DNA from: Pseudomonas aeruginosa
Lineage (GTDB): Bacteria > Pseudomonadota > Gammaproteobacteria > Pseudomonadales > Pseudomonadaceae
DNA length: 32,000 nt
Assembly: GCF_001457615.1 (NCBI RefSeq)
Contig: NZ_LN831024.1
Location: 1,140,001 to 1,172,000, forward strand
Direction: 5' to 3'
The stretch's first letter is position 1; each line of letters opens with the position of its first letter. This document shows, one piece after another, positions 19,298 through 30,062 of the stretch. The translations under genes and the position numbers were made by a program. Below the pieces are notes generated by a model. The model was given only the letters and a program-made list of their open reading frames with translations. It searched no databases and was not told where the DNA came from.

Positions 19298-20821
19298 TCA
19301 GTGCTTACGCGGTACCGGCTTGAGCAGTTCGGCCGGCGGCATCTCGCAGGTGATCTTGCGGCCCAGCAGTTCTTCGATCGGCGGCAGGGCGAAGGCATCG
19401 TCCTCGCCGGCGAAGCTGATCGAGGTGCCCGAGGCGCCGGCGCGGCCGGTACGACCGATACGGTGCACGTAGTCGTCCGGGTCCTCCGGCAGGGTGAAGT
19501 TGATCACATGGCTGATGCCGTCGATGTGGATGCCGCGGCCGGCCACGTCGGTTGCCACCAGGACGCGGATCTTGCCTTCGCGGAAGCCTTCCAGGGTGCG
19601 GATGCGCTTGTGCTGCGGCACGTCGCCGGACATCTGGGCGGCGCTGATGCCGTCCTTGGTCAGGCGTTCCTCGATGCGGCGGACTTCGTCCTTGCGGTTG
19701 GCGAAGACCATCACCCGTTCCCAGTTGTTCTGTGCCACCAGGTTGTACAGCAGCTTGTACTTGTCGCTGCCGGCCACGGCGTAGACATGCTGCTCGACGG
19801 TGTCGCTGGCGACGTTCTCCGGCTCGATCTCGACGATCGCCGGATCGACGGTCCACTGCTTGGCGAGGTTCATCACGTCGTCGGTGAAGGTCGCCGAGAA
19901 CAGCAGGGTCTGGCGTTCGCCCTTGTGCGGGGTCTGCCGGATGATCTGCCGGACCTGCGGGATGAAGCCCATGTCGAGCATGCGGTCGGCTTCGTCGAGG
20001 ACCATCACCTCGACCATGTCCAGGTGCACCTCGCCGCGCTGGTTGAAGTCCAGCAGACGGCCTGGGGTGGCTACCAGGATGTCGCAGAAGCGCGCTTCCA
20101 GCTGCTTGAGTTGCTTGTCGAAGTCCATGCCGCCGACGAAGGTCATCACGTTCAGCCCGGTGTACTTGGTCAGCGCCGCGGCGTCCTTGGCGATCTGTAC
20201 CACCAGTTCGCGGGTCGGGGCGATGATCAGCGCGCGCGGCTCGCCCATGTAGCGCTCTTTCGGCGGCGGGGTCTGCAGCAACTGGGTGATGATCGAGATG
20301 AGGAACGCGGCGGTCTTGCCGGTGCCGGTCTGGGCGCGGCCGATAGCGTCCTGGCCGCGCAGGGTGAAGCCCAGTACCTGCGCCTGGATCGGGGTGCAGT
20401 AGGGGAAGCCGAGGTCATGGATGGCGTGCATCAGGCTCGGGGCGAGGTTGAAGTCGTGGAAGCGGGTCTTGCCTTCCTGCGGTTCGACCACGAAGTCTTC
20501 CAGCTTCCAGTTGTCCACCGGCTTCGGCTTGCGTTCGCGGCGCGGCTTGTCGCTGCGCGGCTTGGCGTCCCGGCCTTCTTTGCCGGCGGGTTTGGCGGGC
20601 TTTTCGCCTTTCTCGGCCTTTTCAGCGGCGCGCGGGGCGCCGGACTCGTTGTCGGCGCGCGGGGGGCGCGGTTTGCGTGGGCGTTTCTCGGTCGGCTTTT
20701 CGCCGGTGGGGGCGGTACCTTTCGCGGTAGCGCCGGCAGGGCCTTGCGGGACCGGGGAGGAACCGCTCTGCGGCTGGGTTCCGTCGGCCTTGCCGAAGAT
20801 TTTCTTGAGTGCTTTGAGCAC
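19298..20821 (-). CDS. rhlB: DEAD-box ATP-dependent RNA helicase RhlB, with a possible Lys/Arg/Pro-rich N-terminal extension (start uncertain)
   Basis: Motifs [12 protein letters not shown] (VLDEADRM), SAT and HRIGRTGR. Candidate starts are GTG 20821 (507 aa), ATG 20869 (523 aa) and GTG 20491 (397 aa, colinear with the E. coli RhlB N-terminus, GGAAG upstream). Confidence 0.85.
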
Positions 20822-21104
20822 GGCGATCTCGTAGTGGTTAAGGAATGAACGGGCGCCAGTGTAAAGCATGTTGCCAGCGGGGAGAAATCCATGCTTGGCC
20901 GGCGCCCTCCAGCCCTGGCCGGACGGGGCCTGGAGGGGGCTGCGCGAAGCGCCCGGGGCAGCCTTCGGGAGGACTCGTGCGCGCGACCGGCGGCGCGCTA
21001 CAAAAAGACAACGGTAGGGCGACGACGGGGGTGGCATCTTCGGGACGGTGCCGGAGCGATCCGGCGAGTGTCCACCCACTCACCAACGGAAGAACAAGAA
21101 AACC

Positions 21105-23003
21105 ATGAATCCGTCCCCATCGATCGTCGGGCTGAGCGATATCGAAGCCCTGGAACGCGTGCCGCTGGAACAGCGCGACCTGCCGTCCAGCACCTACGAA
21201 CTGTTGCAACGCTCGGCCCAGCGCCACGGCCAGCGTATCGCCCTGAGCTGCCTGCTGCATGGCAGCGCCGCCGAAGAACCGTTGCGGATCAGCTATGCCG
21301 AGCTGTTCGCCCGCGTCACCCAGACCGCGAACGCCTTGCACCGGCTGGGCCTGGAAAGCCACCAGGCGGTGTCCTTCCTGCTGCCCAACCTGCCGCAGAC
21401 CCACTACGTGATCTGGGGCGGCGAGGCAGCCGGGATCGTCAATGCGATCAACCCGCTGCTGGAGCCGGAGCACATCGCCGAGCTGATCCGCGCCTCCAAC
21501 ACCCGGGTGCTGGTGACCCTGGCGCCGTTCCCCGGCACCGACCTGTGGCAGAAGGTCGCCGGCCTGCGCGCGCAGTTGCCGGAGCTGTACGCGATCGTCG
21601 TGGTCGATCCGGCCAACCTGTTACCGGCGCCGCAGCGCGAGGCGCTCAAGGCCCAGCGCGGGCCGCTGCCGGAGGGCGTGCTGGACTTCGATACGCTGAT
21701 CGCCGACTGCCCGGCAGACCGCCTGGAGAGCGGACGGGCGATCCATCCGGACGACGTCGCTTCCTATTTCCACACCGGCGGCACCACCGGCACGCCGAAG
21801 CTGGCGCCGCACAGCCACTTCAACGAGGTGGCGATGGCCGAGATCATGGGCCTGAACGCCGACTACGGGGTGGACGACGTGCTGCTCTGCGGCCTGCCGC
21901 TGTTCCACGTCAACGGCGTGATGGTTACCGGCCTGGCGCCCTTCCATCGCGGCGCCCAGGTGCTCCTGGCCGGGCCCCAGGGCTACCGCAATCCGACCCT
22001 GATCCAGGACTTCTGGAAGCTGGTGGAACGCTACCGGGTCACCAGCTTCAGTGGCGTGCCGACCATCTACGCGGCGTTGCTGCAGGTCCCCAGCGATGGC
22101 CGCGACCTGTCCAGCCTGCGTTTCGCCCTGTGCGGCGCGGCGCCGATGCCGGTGGAGCTGATCCGCCAGTTCGAGGCGCGTACCGGGCTCAAGGTGATCG
22201 AGGGCTACGGCCTCACCGAAGGTACCTGCGGCACCAGTTGCAACCCGCGTGGCGGCGAGCGCCGGCCGGGTTCGATCGGCCTGCGCCTGCCGTACTGCCA
22301 GGTGAAGGTCGCGGTGCTCGACGGCGAGGGCAATTACCTGCGCGATGCCGCGCCGAACGAGGTGGGCAACCTCTGCCTGAAGGGCTCGACGGTGTTCAAG
22401 GGCTACCTGCAACAGGACCGGAACCGCGATATCTGGATCGGCGATGGCTGGTTCAATACCGGCGACCTCGGTCGTATCGACGAGGACGGCTACATCTGGC
22501 TCACCGGGCGCAGCAAGGACCTGATCATTCGCGGTGGCCACAACATCGACCCACAGATGATCGAAGAAGCGCTGCACCGGCATCCGGCCGTGGCCCTGGC
22601 GGCGGCGGTGGGCAAGCCGGACGCCAAGGCCGGCGAGCTGCCGGTGGCGTATATCCAGCTCAAGCCCGGCGCCAGCGCCAGCGAGGAAGAGCTGCTGGAG
22701 CACGCCAGCCGCCACGTACCGGAGCGCGCGGCGGTGCCCAAGGATATCTGGCTGATCGAGAGCATGCCGGTCACCGCGGTGGGCAAGACCTTCAAGCCGG
22801 CGCTGCGCCTGGACGCGATCCGCCGGGTGCTGGAGGAGGAAAGCCGGAGGATCGCCGAGGATATCCGCGTGGAGGTGGTCGCCGACGAGCGCCACGGCCA
22901 GCTCGCCCACCTGCACGTTCCCGCGCTTGACGAAAGACGCCAGGCGGCGCTGGAAGAGCTGCTCGGCGGCTACGCGCTGAACTACCGGCTGCACGCCGTC
23001 TGA
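21105..23003 (+). CDS. AMP-binding enzyme / acyl-CoA synthetase family protein (recalled as PA3860)
   Basis: 632 aa from MNPSPSIVGLSD. Adenylation motif YFHTGGTTGTPK, and later GYGLTEG and TGDLGRIDEDGYIWLTGRSKD. Confidence 0.88.
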   Translation: MNPSPSIVGLSDIEALERVPLEQRDLPSSTYELLQRSAQRHGQRIALSCLLHGSAAEEPLRISYAELFARVTQTANALHRLGLESHQAVSFLLPNLPQTHYVIWGGEAAGIVNAINPLLEPEHIAELIRASNTRVLVTLAPFPGTDLWQKVAGLRAQLPELYAIVVVDPANLLPAPQREALKAQRGPLPEGVLDFDTLIADCPADRLESGRAIHPDDVASYFHTGGTTGTPKLAPHSHFNEVAMAEIMGLNADYGVDDVLLCGLPLFHVNGVMVTGLAPFHRGAQVLLAGPQGYRNPTLIQDFWKLVERYRVTSFSGVPTIYAALLQVPSDGRDLSSLRFALCGAAPMPVELIRQFEARTGLKVIEGYGLTEGTCGTSCNPRGGERRPGSIGLRLPYCQVKVAVLDGEGNYLRDAAPNEVGNLCLKGSTVFKGYLQQDRNRDIWIGDGWFNTGDLGRIDEDGYIWLTGRSKDLIIRGGHNIDPQMIEEALHRHPAVALAAAVGKPDAKAGELPVAYIQLKPGASASEEELLEHASRHVPERAAVPKDIWLIESMPVTAVGKTFKPALRLDAIRRVLEEESRRIAEDIRVEVVADERHGQLAHLHVPALDERRQAALEELLGGYALNYRLHAV

Positions 23004-23018
23004 GAGAAGCTCCGGGCG

Positions 23019-23795
<777 letters not shown>

Positions 23796-23962
23796 CTAAG
23801 GGAAGTGCGCCGGGTACGCCGTTCGTCGCCCGCCGCGGTCGCGCCGCCGGCTGCCTCTGCCGGTGCCGCGGCGCTTGCGGTTACAGTGCGGCGACCGGCC
23901 CGGGAAGCGACCGGCGCGGGGCCGGCGGTTCACCCAGGGGCGGCGAAGGGAGTGGCGAACAG

Positions 23963-24988
23963 ATGACAATAATGAAAGGTACCTGGCTGCTGCTGGCCGC
24001 CGTCTGCCTCGGCGCCAGCGCCACGGCCGAGGCCGGTGCGACGCTGGATGCGGTGAAGCGCAAGGGCTACGTGCAGTGCGGCGTCAGCGACGGCCTGCCG
24101 GGGTTCTCCTACGCCGACGCCAAGGGCCGTTTCAAGGGGCTCGACGTCGACATCTGCCGGGCGCTGGCCGCCGCGCTGTTCGGCGACGCCGAGAAGGTGC
24201 GCTTCACCCCGCTGTCCGCCACCGAGCGGTTTTCGGCGTTGCAGTCCGGCACGGTCGACCTGCTGTCGCGCAACACCTCATGGACCAGCTCGCGGGATAC
24301 CGCGCTGGGCATCCACTTCACCGGCGTCACCTATTTCGACGGCCAGGGCTTCCTGGTCAATCGCAAGCTCGGCGTGTCCAGCGCCCGCGAACTGAAGGAC
24401 GCGACGGTGTGCATCCAGTCCGGCACCACCAACGAGCTGAACGTGGCGGACTACTTCCGGGCCCACGGCATCCGCTACAAGGCGGTGCTCGACGACAGCT
24501 ACGAGAAGAGCGCCCGTGCCCTGGAGGCGGGGCAGTGCGACGTGCTCAGCTCCGACCAGTCGCAGCTCTACGCCCAGCGCCTGAAGCTGGCCAAGCCGGA
24601 GCAGTACGTGGTGCTGCCGGAAGTGATCTCCAAGGAGCCGCTCGGCCCGGCCGTGCGGCAGGGCGACGAAGCCTGGTTCAACATCGTCCGCTGGACCCTG
24701 TACGGCCTGCTCAACGCGGAGGAGCTGGGGGTCACCTCGAGCAACGTCGAGCGCCAGGCCAGGGACAGCCGCAACCCGGACGTCGCCCGCCTGCTCGGCA
24801 GCGAGGGCGACGCCGGCAAGGACTTGCAACTGCCGCGCGACTGGGTGGTGCAGATGGTGCGCCAGGTCGGCAACTATGGCGAGATCTTCGCCCGCAACGT
24901 CGGCGACGGCAGCCCGCTGAAGATGCCGCGCGGCCTCAACGCGCAATGGAATCTCGGCGGCCTGCACTATGCGCCGCCGATTCGCTGA
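23963..24988 (+). CDS. Periplasmic general amino acid ABC substrate-binding protein (AapJ/BztA-like), orphan (recalled as PA3858)
   Basis: MTIMKGTWLLLAAVCLGASATAEA signal peptide, 341 aa, SBP family 3. No transporter membrane or ATPase genes adjacent. The alternative start at 23972 is not excluded. Confidence 0.82.
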   Translation: MTIMKGTWLLLAAVCLGASATAEAGATLDAVKRKGYVQCGVSDGLPGFSYADAKGRFKGLDVDICRALAAALFGDAEKVRFTPLSATERFSALQSGTVDLLSRNTSWTSSRDTALGIHFTGVTYFDGQGFLVNRKLGVSSARELKDATVCIQSGTTNELNVADYFRAHGIRYKAVLDDSYEKSARALEAGQCDVLSSDQSQLYAQRLKLAKPEQYVVLPEVISKEPLGPAVRQGDEAWFNIVRWTLYGLLNAEELGVTSSNVERQARDSRNPDVARLLGSEGDAGKDLQLPRDWVVQMVRQVGNYGEIFARNVGDGSPLKMPRGLNAQWNLGGLHYAPPIR

Positions 24989-25099
24989 CCGGCGGGGCTG
25001 GCTGAACTCTCGCCAGCACCGACAATCCGATAACAGACAGACGCACCGGTGCCGGTGCACTATAGAGCGACGCGTCATGCCGAACACCGAACAAGAGAA

Positions 25100-25816
25100 A
25101 TGCCCGTGAACCTATCGATGACTCCCATCAACAAAGCCAAGGCCTGGGGCGTCCACGCCGTCACCGCCAGTGGCGTGATCCTGGCCTTGCTGGCCCTGCT
25201 CGCGCTGGTCGACAACAAACCCCAGGCCTGCCTGCTCTGGCTCGGCCTGGCCCTGCTGGTGGACGGCCTCGACGGCACCCTGGCGCGCAAGTACGAAGTC
25301 AAGGAAATGCTGCCGCATTTCGACGGCTCGGTGCTCGACCTGGTGATCGACTACCTGACCTACGTGTTCATCCCGGCCATCTTCATCTACCGCTACATCC
25401 CCCTGCCGGAGCATTTCGAGCTGCTGGCGGTGGGCGTGATCCTGGTTTCATCGCTGTTCTGCTTCTGCAACGTCAACATGAAGAGCACCGATAACTACTT
25501 CGTCGGCTTCCCGGCCGCCTGGAACGTGGTGGCGGTGTACTTCTACGTGCTCGACCTGCACCCCTGGGTCAACCTCGCCACGGTGCTGGTGCTGGCTGCC
25601 CTGACCCTGACCCGGATGAAGTTCCTCCACCCGTTCCGCGTGCGCCAGTTCATGCCGCTGAACATCGCCGTGACTTTCGTCTGGCTGATCAGCAGCGGTC
25701 TGCTGATCGTCCAGCAGCCGGCCGACCTGCCGATCCTGCTCGGCCTGTGGTTCGCCGCCTCGGCCTATTTCGTCGGTATCTGCCTCTGGCGCAGCGCCCG
25801 CGAGTGGTTCGGCTGA
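25100..25816 (+). CDS. pcs: Phosphatidylcholine synthase (CDP-alcohol phosphotransferase family)
   Basis: 238 aa, multi-TM, with CDP-OH-P motif DGLDGTLARK. The start is ambiguous between ATG 25100 and ATG 25118. Confidence 0.85.
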   Translation: MPVNLSMTPINKAKAWGVHAVTASGVILALLALLALVDNKPQACLLWLGLALLVDGLDGTLARKYEVKEMLPHFDGSVLDLVIDYLTYVFIPAIFIYRYIPLPEHFELLAVGVILVSSLFCFCNVNMKSTDNYFVGFPAAWNVVAVYFYVLDLHPWVNLATVLVLAALTLTRMKFLHPFRVRQFMPLNIAVTFVWLISSGLLIVQQPADLPILLGLWFAASAYFVGICLWRSAREWFG

Positions 25817-25886
25817 AACGACCCGGCACGACGGCGTTCCCGCCTGGGGACGCCTGGCAAGTCCCTATCATCGCAAGGAACCCCGC

Positions 25887-26369
25887 ATGGCCCACCCCAA
25901 CGCCGAACTGATCGAGCGCTTCTACCAGGCCTTCCAGCGCCTCGACGGCGAGGCCATGGCGGCCTGCTACGCTCCCCAGGCGACCTTCCACGACCCGGCC
26001 TTCGGCGAACTGCGCGGGCGCGAGGTGGGCGACATGTGGCGCCTGCTGACCAGCCGGGCGCGGGACTTCCGCCTGGACTACGCGAACGTCCGCGCCGACG
26101 AGAACGAGGGGCGTGCGCAATGGGTGGCCCACTACCTGTTCACCCAGACCGGGCGCAGGGTGGAGAATCGCATCGAGGCCCGTTTCCGCTTCGCCGACGG
26201 TTTGATCGTCGAGCATCGCGACCAGTTCGACCTGTGGCGCTGGAGCCGCCAGGCGCTTGGCGCCAAGGGCCTGCTGCTGGGCTGGGCGCCGCCGGTGCAG
26301 CGGGCGATCCGCGGGCAGGCGCGCAAGGGCCTGGCCGCCTACCAGGCTGCCCATCCGGCGGCCGGCTGA
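25887..26369 (+). CDS. SnoaL/NTF2-like (ketosteroid isomerase-like) domain protein
   Basis: 160 aa. The N-terminal pattern ELIERFYQAFQRLDGEAMAACYAPQATFHDP is typical of SnoaL-like proteins. AAGGAA RBS. Confidence 0.7.
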   Translation: MAHPNAELIERFYQAFQRLDGEAMAACYAPQATFHDPAFGELRGREVGDMWRLLTSRARDFRLDYANVRADENEGRAQWVAHYLFTQTGRRVENRIEARFRFADGLIVEHRDQFDLWRWSRQALGAKGLLLGWAPPVQRAIRGQARKGLAAYQAAHPAAG

Positions 26370-26435
26370 GGCTGTCGGTGGCCGAAGCGCGGATAATCTC
26401 CTAAGCTCGCCGCGGACAACCCGCAGGACGCCGCG

Positions 26436-27137
26436 ATGATCACGCTCTTCCAGTTTCCCGCCGCATTCAACGTACCCAATGCCAGTCCCTACTGCCTGAA
26501 ACTGGAAACCTGGTTGCGCCTGGCCGGCCTGGAGTATCAGGTGAAGGTCGTCAGCGACCCGCGCAAGGCGCCCAAGGGCAAGCTGCCCTACGTGCGTATC
26601 GAGGGCGAGGCGATCGGTGACAGCGAGATCGTCATCCGTACCCTCGGCGAGCGCTACGGGGTCACTCTCGACGCAGGCCTGGATGCCCGGGGCAAGGGCT
26701 GGGCACGGGCGATCACGCGCCTGTGCGACGAACACCTGTACTACCTGATGCTGTATTTCCGCTGGTTCGATGAGGACAGCTGGCGCGTGCTCAAGCCGGT
26801 ATTCTTCGGCTCGCTGCCATTCGGCGTGCGCGACGCGGTGGCCTGGGCCATGCGCCGCAAGGTCCGCGCTACCCTCAGGGCGCAGGGACTCGGGGTCCAC
26901 GGCAGGGACGAACTGCTGGCCTTCGCCCGCGACGACCTCGATGCCCTCGACGGCCTGCTTGGCCAGGTCCCGTACTACGGCGGCGAACATCCGTGCAGCG
27001 CCGATGCCGCCGCTTACGGTATCCTCGCCAACCTCATCGAGGCGACCCTGGATACCCCACTCAGCCATGTGGCGCGAGGCTATCCGCGCCTGGTGGCGTA
27101 TTGCGAGCGGATGCGGGAGCGGGTCTGGAGTGAGTGA
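26436..27137 (+). CDS. Glutathione S-transferase-like protein (metaxin/FAXC-type N_4/C_6 architecture)
   Basis: 233 aa. N-terminal thioredoxin-like region ([18 protein letters not shown]...KGKLPY), then a helical C-domain. Confidence 0.7.
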   Translation: MITLFQFPAAFNVPNASPYCLKLETWLRLAGLEYQVKVVSDPRKAPKGKLPYVRIEGEAIGDSEIVIRTLGERYGVTLDAGLDARGKGWARAITRLCDEHLYYLMLYFRWFDEDSWRVLKPVFFGSLPFGVRDAVAWAMRRKVRATLRAQGLGVHGRDELLAFARDDLDALDGLLGQVPYYGGEHPCSADAAAYGILANLIEATLDTPLSHVARGYPRLVAYCERMRERVWSE

Positions 27138-27444
27138 GGCGACGGCCGCCACGGCGGCGATCGGGAAGTGTTGGTCGGTCTACCTGGTGAGGGCGGAAAA
27201 CGGCGCGTTGTACTGCGGCATCAGCGACGATCCGCTGCGCCGCTTCGACACTCATTGCAGCGGCAAGGGCGCGCGGTTCTTCCATTCCAGCCCCGCCCGC
27301 GCGCTGGTCTACGTCGAGGCCTGCGCCAGCAAGGGCGACGCCCTGCGCCGCGAGCGGGCGATCAAGGCCCTGAGCAAGCGCGCCAAGGAGCGCCTGTTGG
27401 TCGGCGTACCGGTGTTGCGCGAGGTCGGCGAGCCGGCAATCTAG
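27130..27444 (+). CDS. Stand-alone GIY-YIG (URI) nuclease-domain protein, UPF0213 family
   Basis: [37 protein letters not shown]...[18 protein letters not shown] matches the GIY-YIG pattern. The GTG 27130 start overlaps the upstream stop by 8 nt. The exact start is uncertain. Confidence 0.7.
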   Translation: MSEATAATAAIGKCWSVYLVRAENGALYCGISDDPLRRFDTHCSGKGARFFHSSPARALVYVEACASKGDALRRERAIKALSKRAKERLLVGVPVLREVGEPAI

Positions 27445-27472
27445 GACGTTCATCTGCGGTCATGGGGTATTC

Positions 27473-28162
27473 GTGGGTTACCTGAAGAATCATTGGTGGA
27501 AACGCTGGATCCGCCGCCGCGGCTGCAAGCTGGCCGGCGGCCCGGCCAGTGTCGGCAAGCGCACCACGCTGGTGCTCGAGGAGCAGGTCGAACTCGGCCA
27601 CCTGCGCATCGTCCCGCCGAGGCTGGAGATCGGCGCCTACAGCTATGTGCGCAGCGGCACCGACCTGTCCCTGGTGGCGTCCATCGGGCGTTTCTGCTCG
27701 ATCGGCTCGGACTGCTTCATCGGCCAGGAAAAACATACCCATCCCAGCGACTGGGTGAGCAGCCACCCCTTCCAGCACACCGGCACCGCGCTGCGCTACG
27801 AGCCGGCGCTGAGCTACGCGGAAATCGGCCACGACGTCTGGATCGGACACAGCGCGATGGTGATGGAAGGGGTCAAGGTCGGGACTGGGGCGATCATCGC
27901 CACGCGCGCCGTGGTCACTCGCGACGTGCCGCCCTATGCCATCGTCGCCGGGACTCCGGCGCAGGTGATCCGCTACCGGCATCCGCCGGAGATCATCGAG
28001 GGCCTGCTCGCCTCACGCTGGTGGGAGCTGGATAGCGCCTTCCTCACCGGCCTGCCGCTGGACCGACCCCGGGAGTTCCTCGCCGCCCTGGAGGCGCGCG
28101 AGGCGCCGCGTGCGGCGTACCGGCGGATGACCATCACCCGCCAGGGGTGCCGGCTGGATTGA
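27473..28162 (+). CDS. Hexapeptide-repeat xenobiotic acetyltransferase (XAT/Vat/CatB-like) family protein
   Basis: 229 aa from GTG. IGRFCSIGSDCFIG...HPSDWVSSHPF...IGHDVWIGHSAMVMEGVKVGTGAIIATRAVVTRDVPPYAIVAGTPA is the left-handed beta-helix XAT signature. Confidence 0.75.
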   Translation: MGYLKNHWWKRWIRRRGCKLAGGPASVGKRTTLVLEEQVELGHLRIVPPRLEIGAYSYVRSGTDLSLVASIGRFCSIGSDCFIGQEKHTHPSDWVSSHPFQHTGTALRYEPALSYAEIGHDVWIGHSAMVMEGVKVGTGAIIATRAVVTRDVPPYAIVAGTPAQVIRYRHPPEIIEGLLASRWWELDSAFLTGLPLDRPREFLAALEAREAPRAAYRRMTITRQGCRLD

Positions 28163-28167
28163 GCGCG

Positions 28168-28200
28168 CCCATCGCCAGGCCCATCGGGCCAGGCGATGGG
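28168..28200 (+). other. Long near-perfect hairpin downstream of the acetyltransferase gene (possible terminator lacking a U-tract)
   Basis: CCCATCGCCAGGCCC (28168..28182), loop ATC, GGGCCAGGCGATGGG (28186..28200). 15-bp stem with a single A-A mismatch. Confidence 0.4.
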
Positions 28201-28282
28201 GTGCCCTTCATGTCCCGGATTGTCATAGGCGTGTTTTCCCTGCCGCGCTAAGCTGGTGCCTCACATCCGCCCGGAGGCGCCC

Positions 28283-29218
28283 ATGTCAGAGCTGATCCTG
28301 CATCACTATCCCACTTCGCCCTTCGCCGAGAAGGCGCGCCTGCTGCTCGGTTTCAAGCAACTGTCCTGGCGCTCGGTGATGATTCCGCCGGTGATGCCCA
28401 AGCCGGACCTGGTGGCGCTGACCGGCGGCTATCGGAAGACCCCGGTGTTGCAGGTCGGCGCCGATGTGTATTGCGATACCGCGTTGATCGCCCGTCGCCT
28501 GGAGCAGGAAAAGGCGGTCCCGGCGCTGTTCCCCGAAGGCCAGGAGATGGTCGCCGCGAGCTTCGCCCAGTGGGCCGACGCGGTGCTGTTCCAGCACGCG
28601 GTAAGCCTGGCGTTCGCCCCGGAGTCCATCGCCGTGCGTTTCGGCAAGCTGCCGCCGGAATTCCTCAAGGCCTTCATGGCCGATCGCAGCCAGCTATTCA
28701 GCGGCGGCAGCGCCGGCCGCCTGCCGCTGGAACAGGCGCGCCACCAGTGGCCGGCATTCATGGCGCGACTGGAGCGCCAGTTGTCGCGCGAGGACGGCGA
28801 TTTCCTGTTCGGCGAAGCGTCCGTCGCCGACTTCGCCGTGGCGCACTGCCTGTGGTTCCTCAAGGGCACGCCGGTCACCGCGCCGCTGGTCGACGATTAC
28901 CCGCAGGTGCAGGCCTGGTTGGGACGGGTGCTCGGCTTCGGCCATGGCGCGCCAGCCGAGATGAGTGCGGAGGAAGCCCTGGAGGTGGCTCGCGGCAGCC
29001 AGCCCGCGGCATTGCCGGACGAATCCTTCAGCGACCCCAACGGTTTCCTGCCCGGCCAGGCGGTCGCCATCGCCGCCACCGACTACGGTGTCGACGCGGT
29101 ACAGGGCGAACTGCTCTTCGCCGGCAGCGAGGAACTCATCCTGCGCCGCGAAGACCCGCGGGCGGGTACCGTGCATGTGCATTTCCCGCGCCTGGGCTTT
29201 CGCATCGAGGCGCGTTGA
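28283..29218 (+). CDS. Glutathione S-transferase family protein with an extra C-terminal domain
   Basis: MSELILHHYPTSPFAEKARLLLGFKQLSW (GST N-terminal fold), 311 aa. GGAGG lies 6 nt upstream of ATG 28283. Confidence 0.72.
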   Translation: MSELILHHYPTSPFAEKARLLLGFKQLSWRSVMIPPVMPKPDLVALTGGYRKTPVLQVGADVYCDTALIARRLEQEKAVPALFPEGQEMVAASFAQWADAVLFQHAVSLAFAPESIAVRFGKLPPEFLKAFMADRSQLFSGGSAGRLPLEQARHQWPAFMARLERQLSREDGDFLFGEASVADFAVAHCLWFLKGTPVTAPLVDDYPQVQAWLGRVLGFGHGAPAEMSAEEALEVARGSQPAALPDESFSDPNGFLPGQAVAIAATDYGVDAVQGELLFAGSEELILRREDPRAGTVHVHFPRLGFRIEAR

Positions 29219-29221
29219 GGC

Positions 29222-29974
29222 ATGCCGGCGGAGACCCCGCCGCTGCGGCCGGACGCCGATCCGCCGCAGTGCGCGTTGCCCGAGGCGAGGCCGGACCGCG
29301 ACGCCGGCACCAAGCTGCGCGCCGCGGTGCTCGGTGCCAACGATGGCCTGGTGTCGAACCTGTGCCTGGTGATGGGCGTGGCGGGTGCGAGCATGGCGCA
29401 TTCGTCCATCGTCCTCACCGGGATGGCCGGACTGGTGTCCGGGGCCTGTTCGATGGCCCTCGGCGAGTGGCTGTCGGTGACCAACGCCCGCGAGATGGCG
29501 AGCAAGCGCATCGCCGAGGAAGAACGCCTGCTCAGGCTCTGCCCGAACACCGAGACCCAGGAACTGATCGATATCTTCACTGCCAAGGGGCTGAGCGAGG
29601 TGTCCGCCCGGCGCGTGGCCCTGCAACTGATGAACGACGGTCGTGGCGCGCTGGACACCTTGTCCCGCGAGGCCCTCGGCATCGATCCGACGGAGTTGGG
29701 CGGCAACCCGTGGAACGCGGCGGGCACGTCGTTCCTGCTGTTTTCCCTTGGCGCCCTGGTGCCGGTGGCGCCGTTCCTGTTCCTCGACGGTGCCGCGGCG
29801 CTGGTCGCAAGCCTGCTGTCCAGCCTGCTTGCGCTGCTGTTCAGCGGCGCGGTCACCGCCCGTTTCACCGGGCGGCCGCTGGCGTTCTCGGCGTTGCGCC
29901 AGGTGCTGGTCGGTACCCTTGCCGCGGCCTTCACCTATGGGTTGGGCACCGCGCTCGGCGTGGGCCTGGGCTGA
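29222..29974 (+). CDS. VIT1/CCC1-family iron/manganese transporter
   Basis: 250 aa. LGANDGLVSNLCLVMGV motif, central cytoplasmic helical region, and C-terminal TM helices. Confidence 0.75.
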   Translation: MPAETPPLRPDADPPQCALPEARPDRDAGTKLRAAVLGANDGLVSNLCLVMGVAGASMAHSSIVLTGMAGLVSGACSMALGEWLSVTNAREMASKRIAEEERLLRLCPNTETQELIDIFTAKGLSEVSARRVALQLMNDGRGALDTLSREALGIDPTELGGNPWNAAGTSFLLFSLGALVPVAPFLFLDGAAALVASLLSSLLALLFSGAVTARFTGRPLAFSALRQVLVGTLAAAFTYGLGTALGVGLG

Positions 29975-30062
29975 AAGTCCTTCGCCTGCCGGGGACTCCG
30001 TTTTACACTGCGACACCCGGCCGGCGTGGCCGGGAACAGGAAAAACCGACCAGGGAGTGGCC

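Noticed and set aside
20431-20892. Alternative-frame ORFs across the rhlB 5' region: 20431..20892(-) 153 aa, 20421..20834(+), 20227..20418(-).
   Set aside because: They are low-complexity Pro/Arg/Ala translations. They overlap the frame that is contiguous with the helicase core, and that frame has the better third-position GC bias.
23891-23915. A 9-bp direct repeat, GCGACCGGC, at 23891..23899 and 23907..23915 in the leader of the orphan binding-protein gene.
   Set aside because: It is a short GC-rich repeat in a GC-rich intergenic region, with no palindromic structure and no second occurrence elsewhere in the window that I could find. It is not distinguishable from chance.
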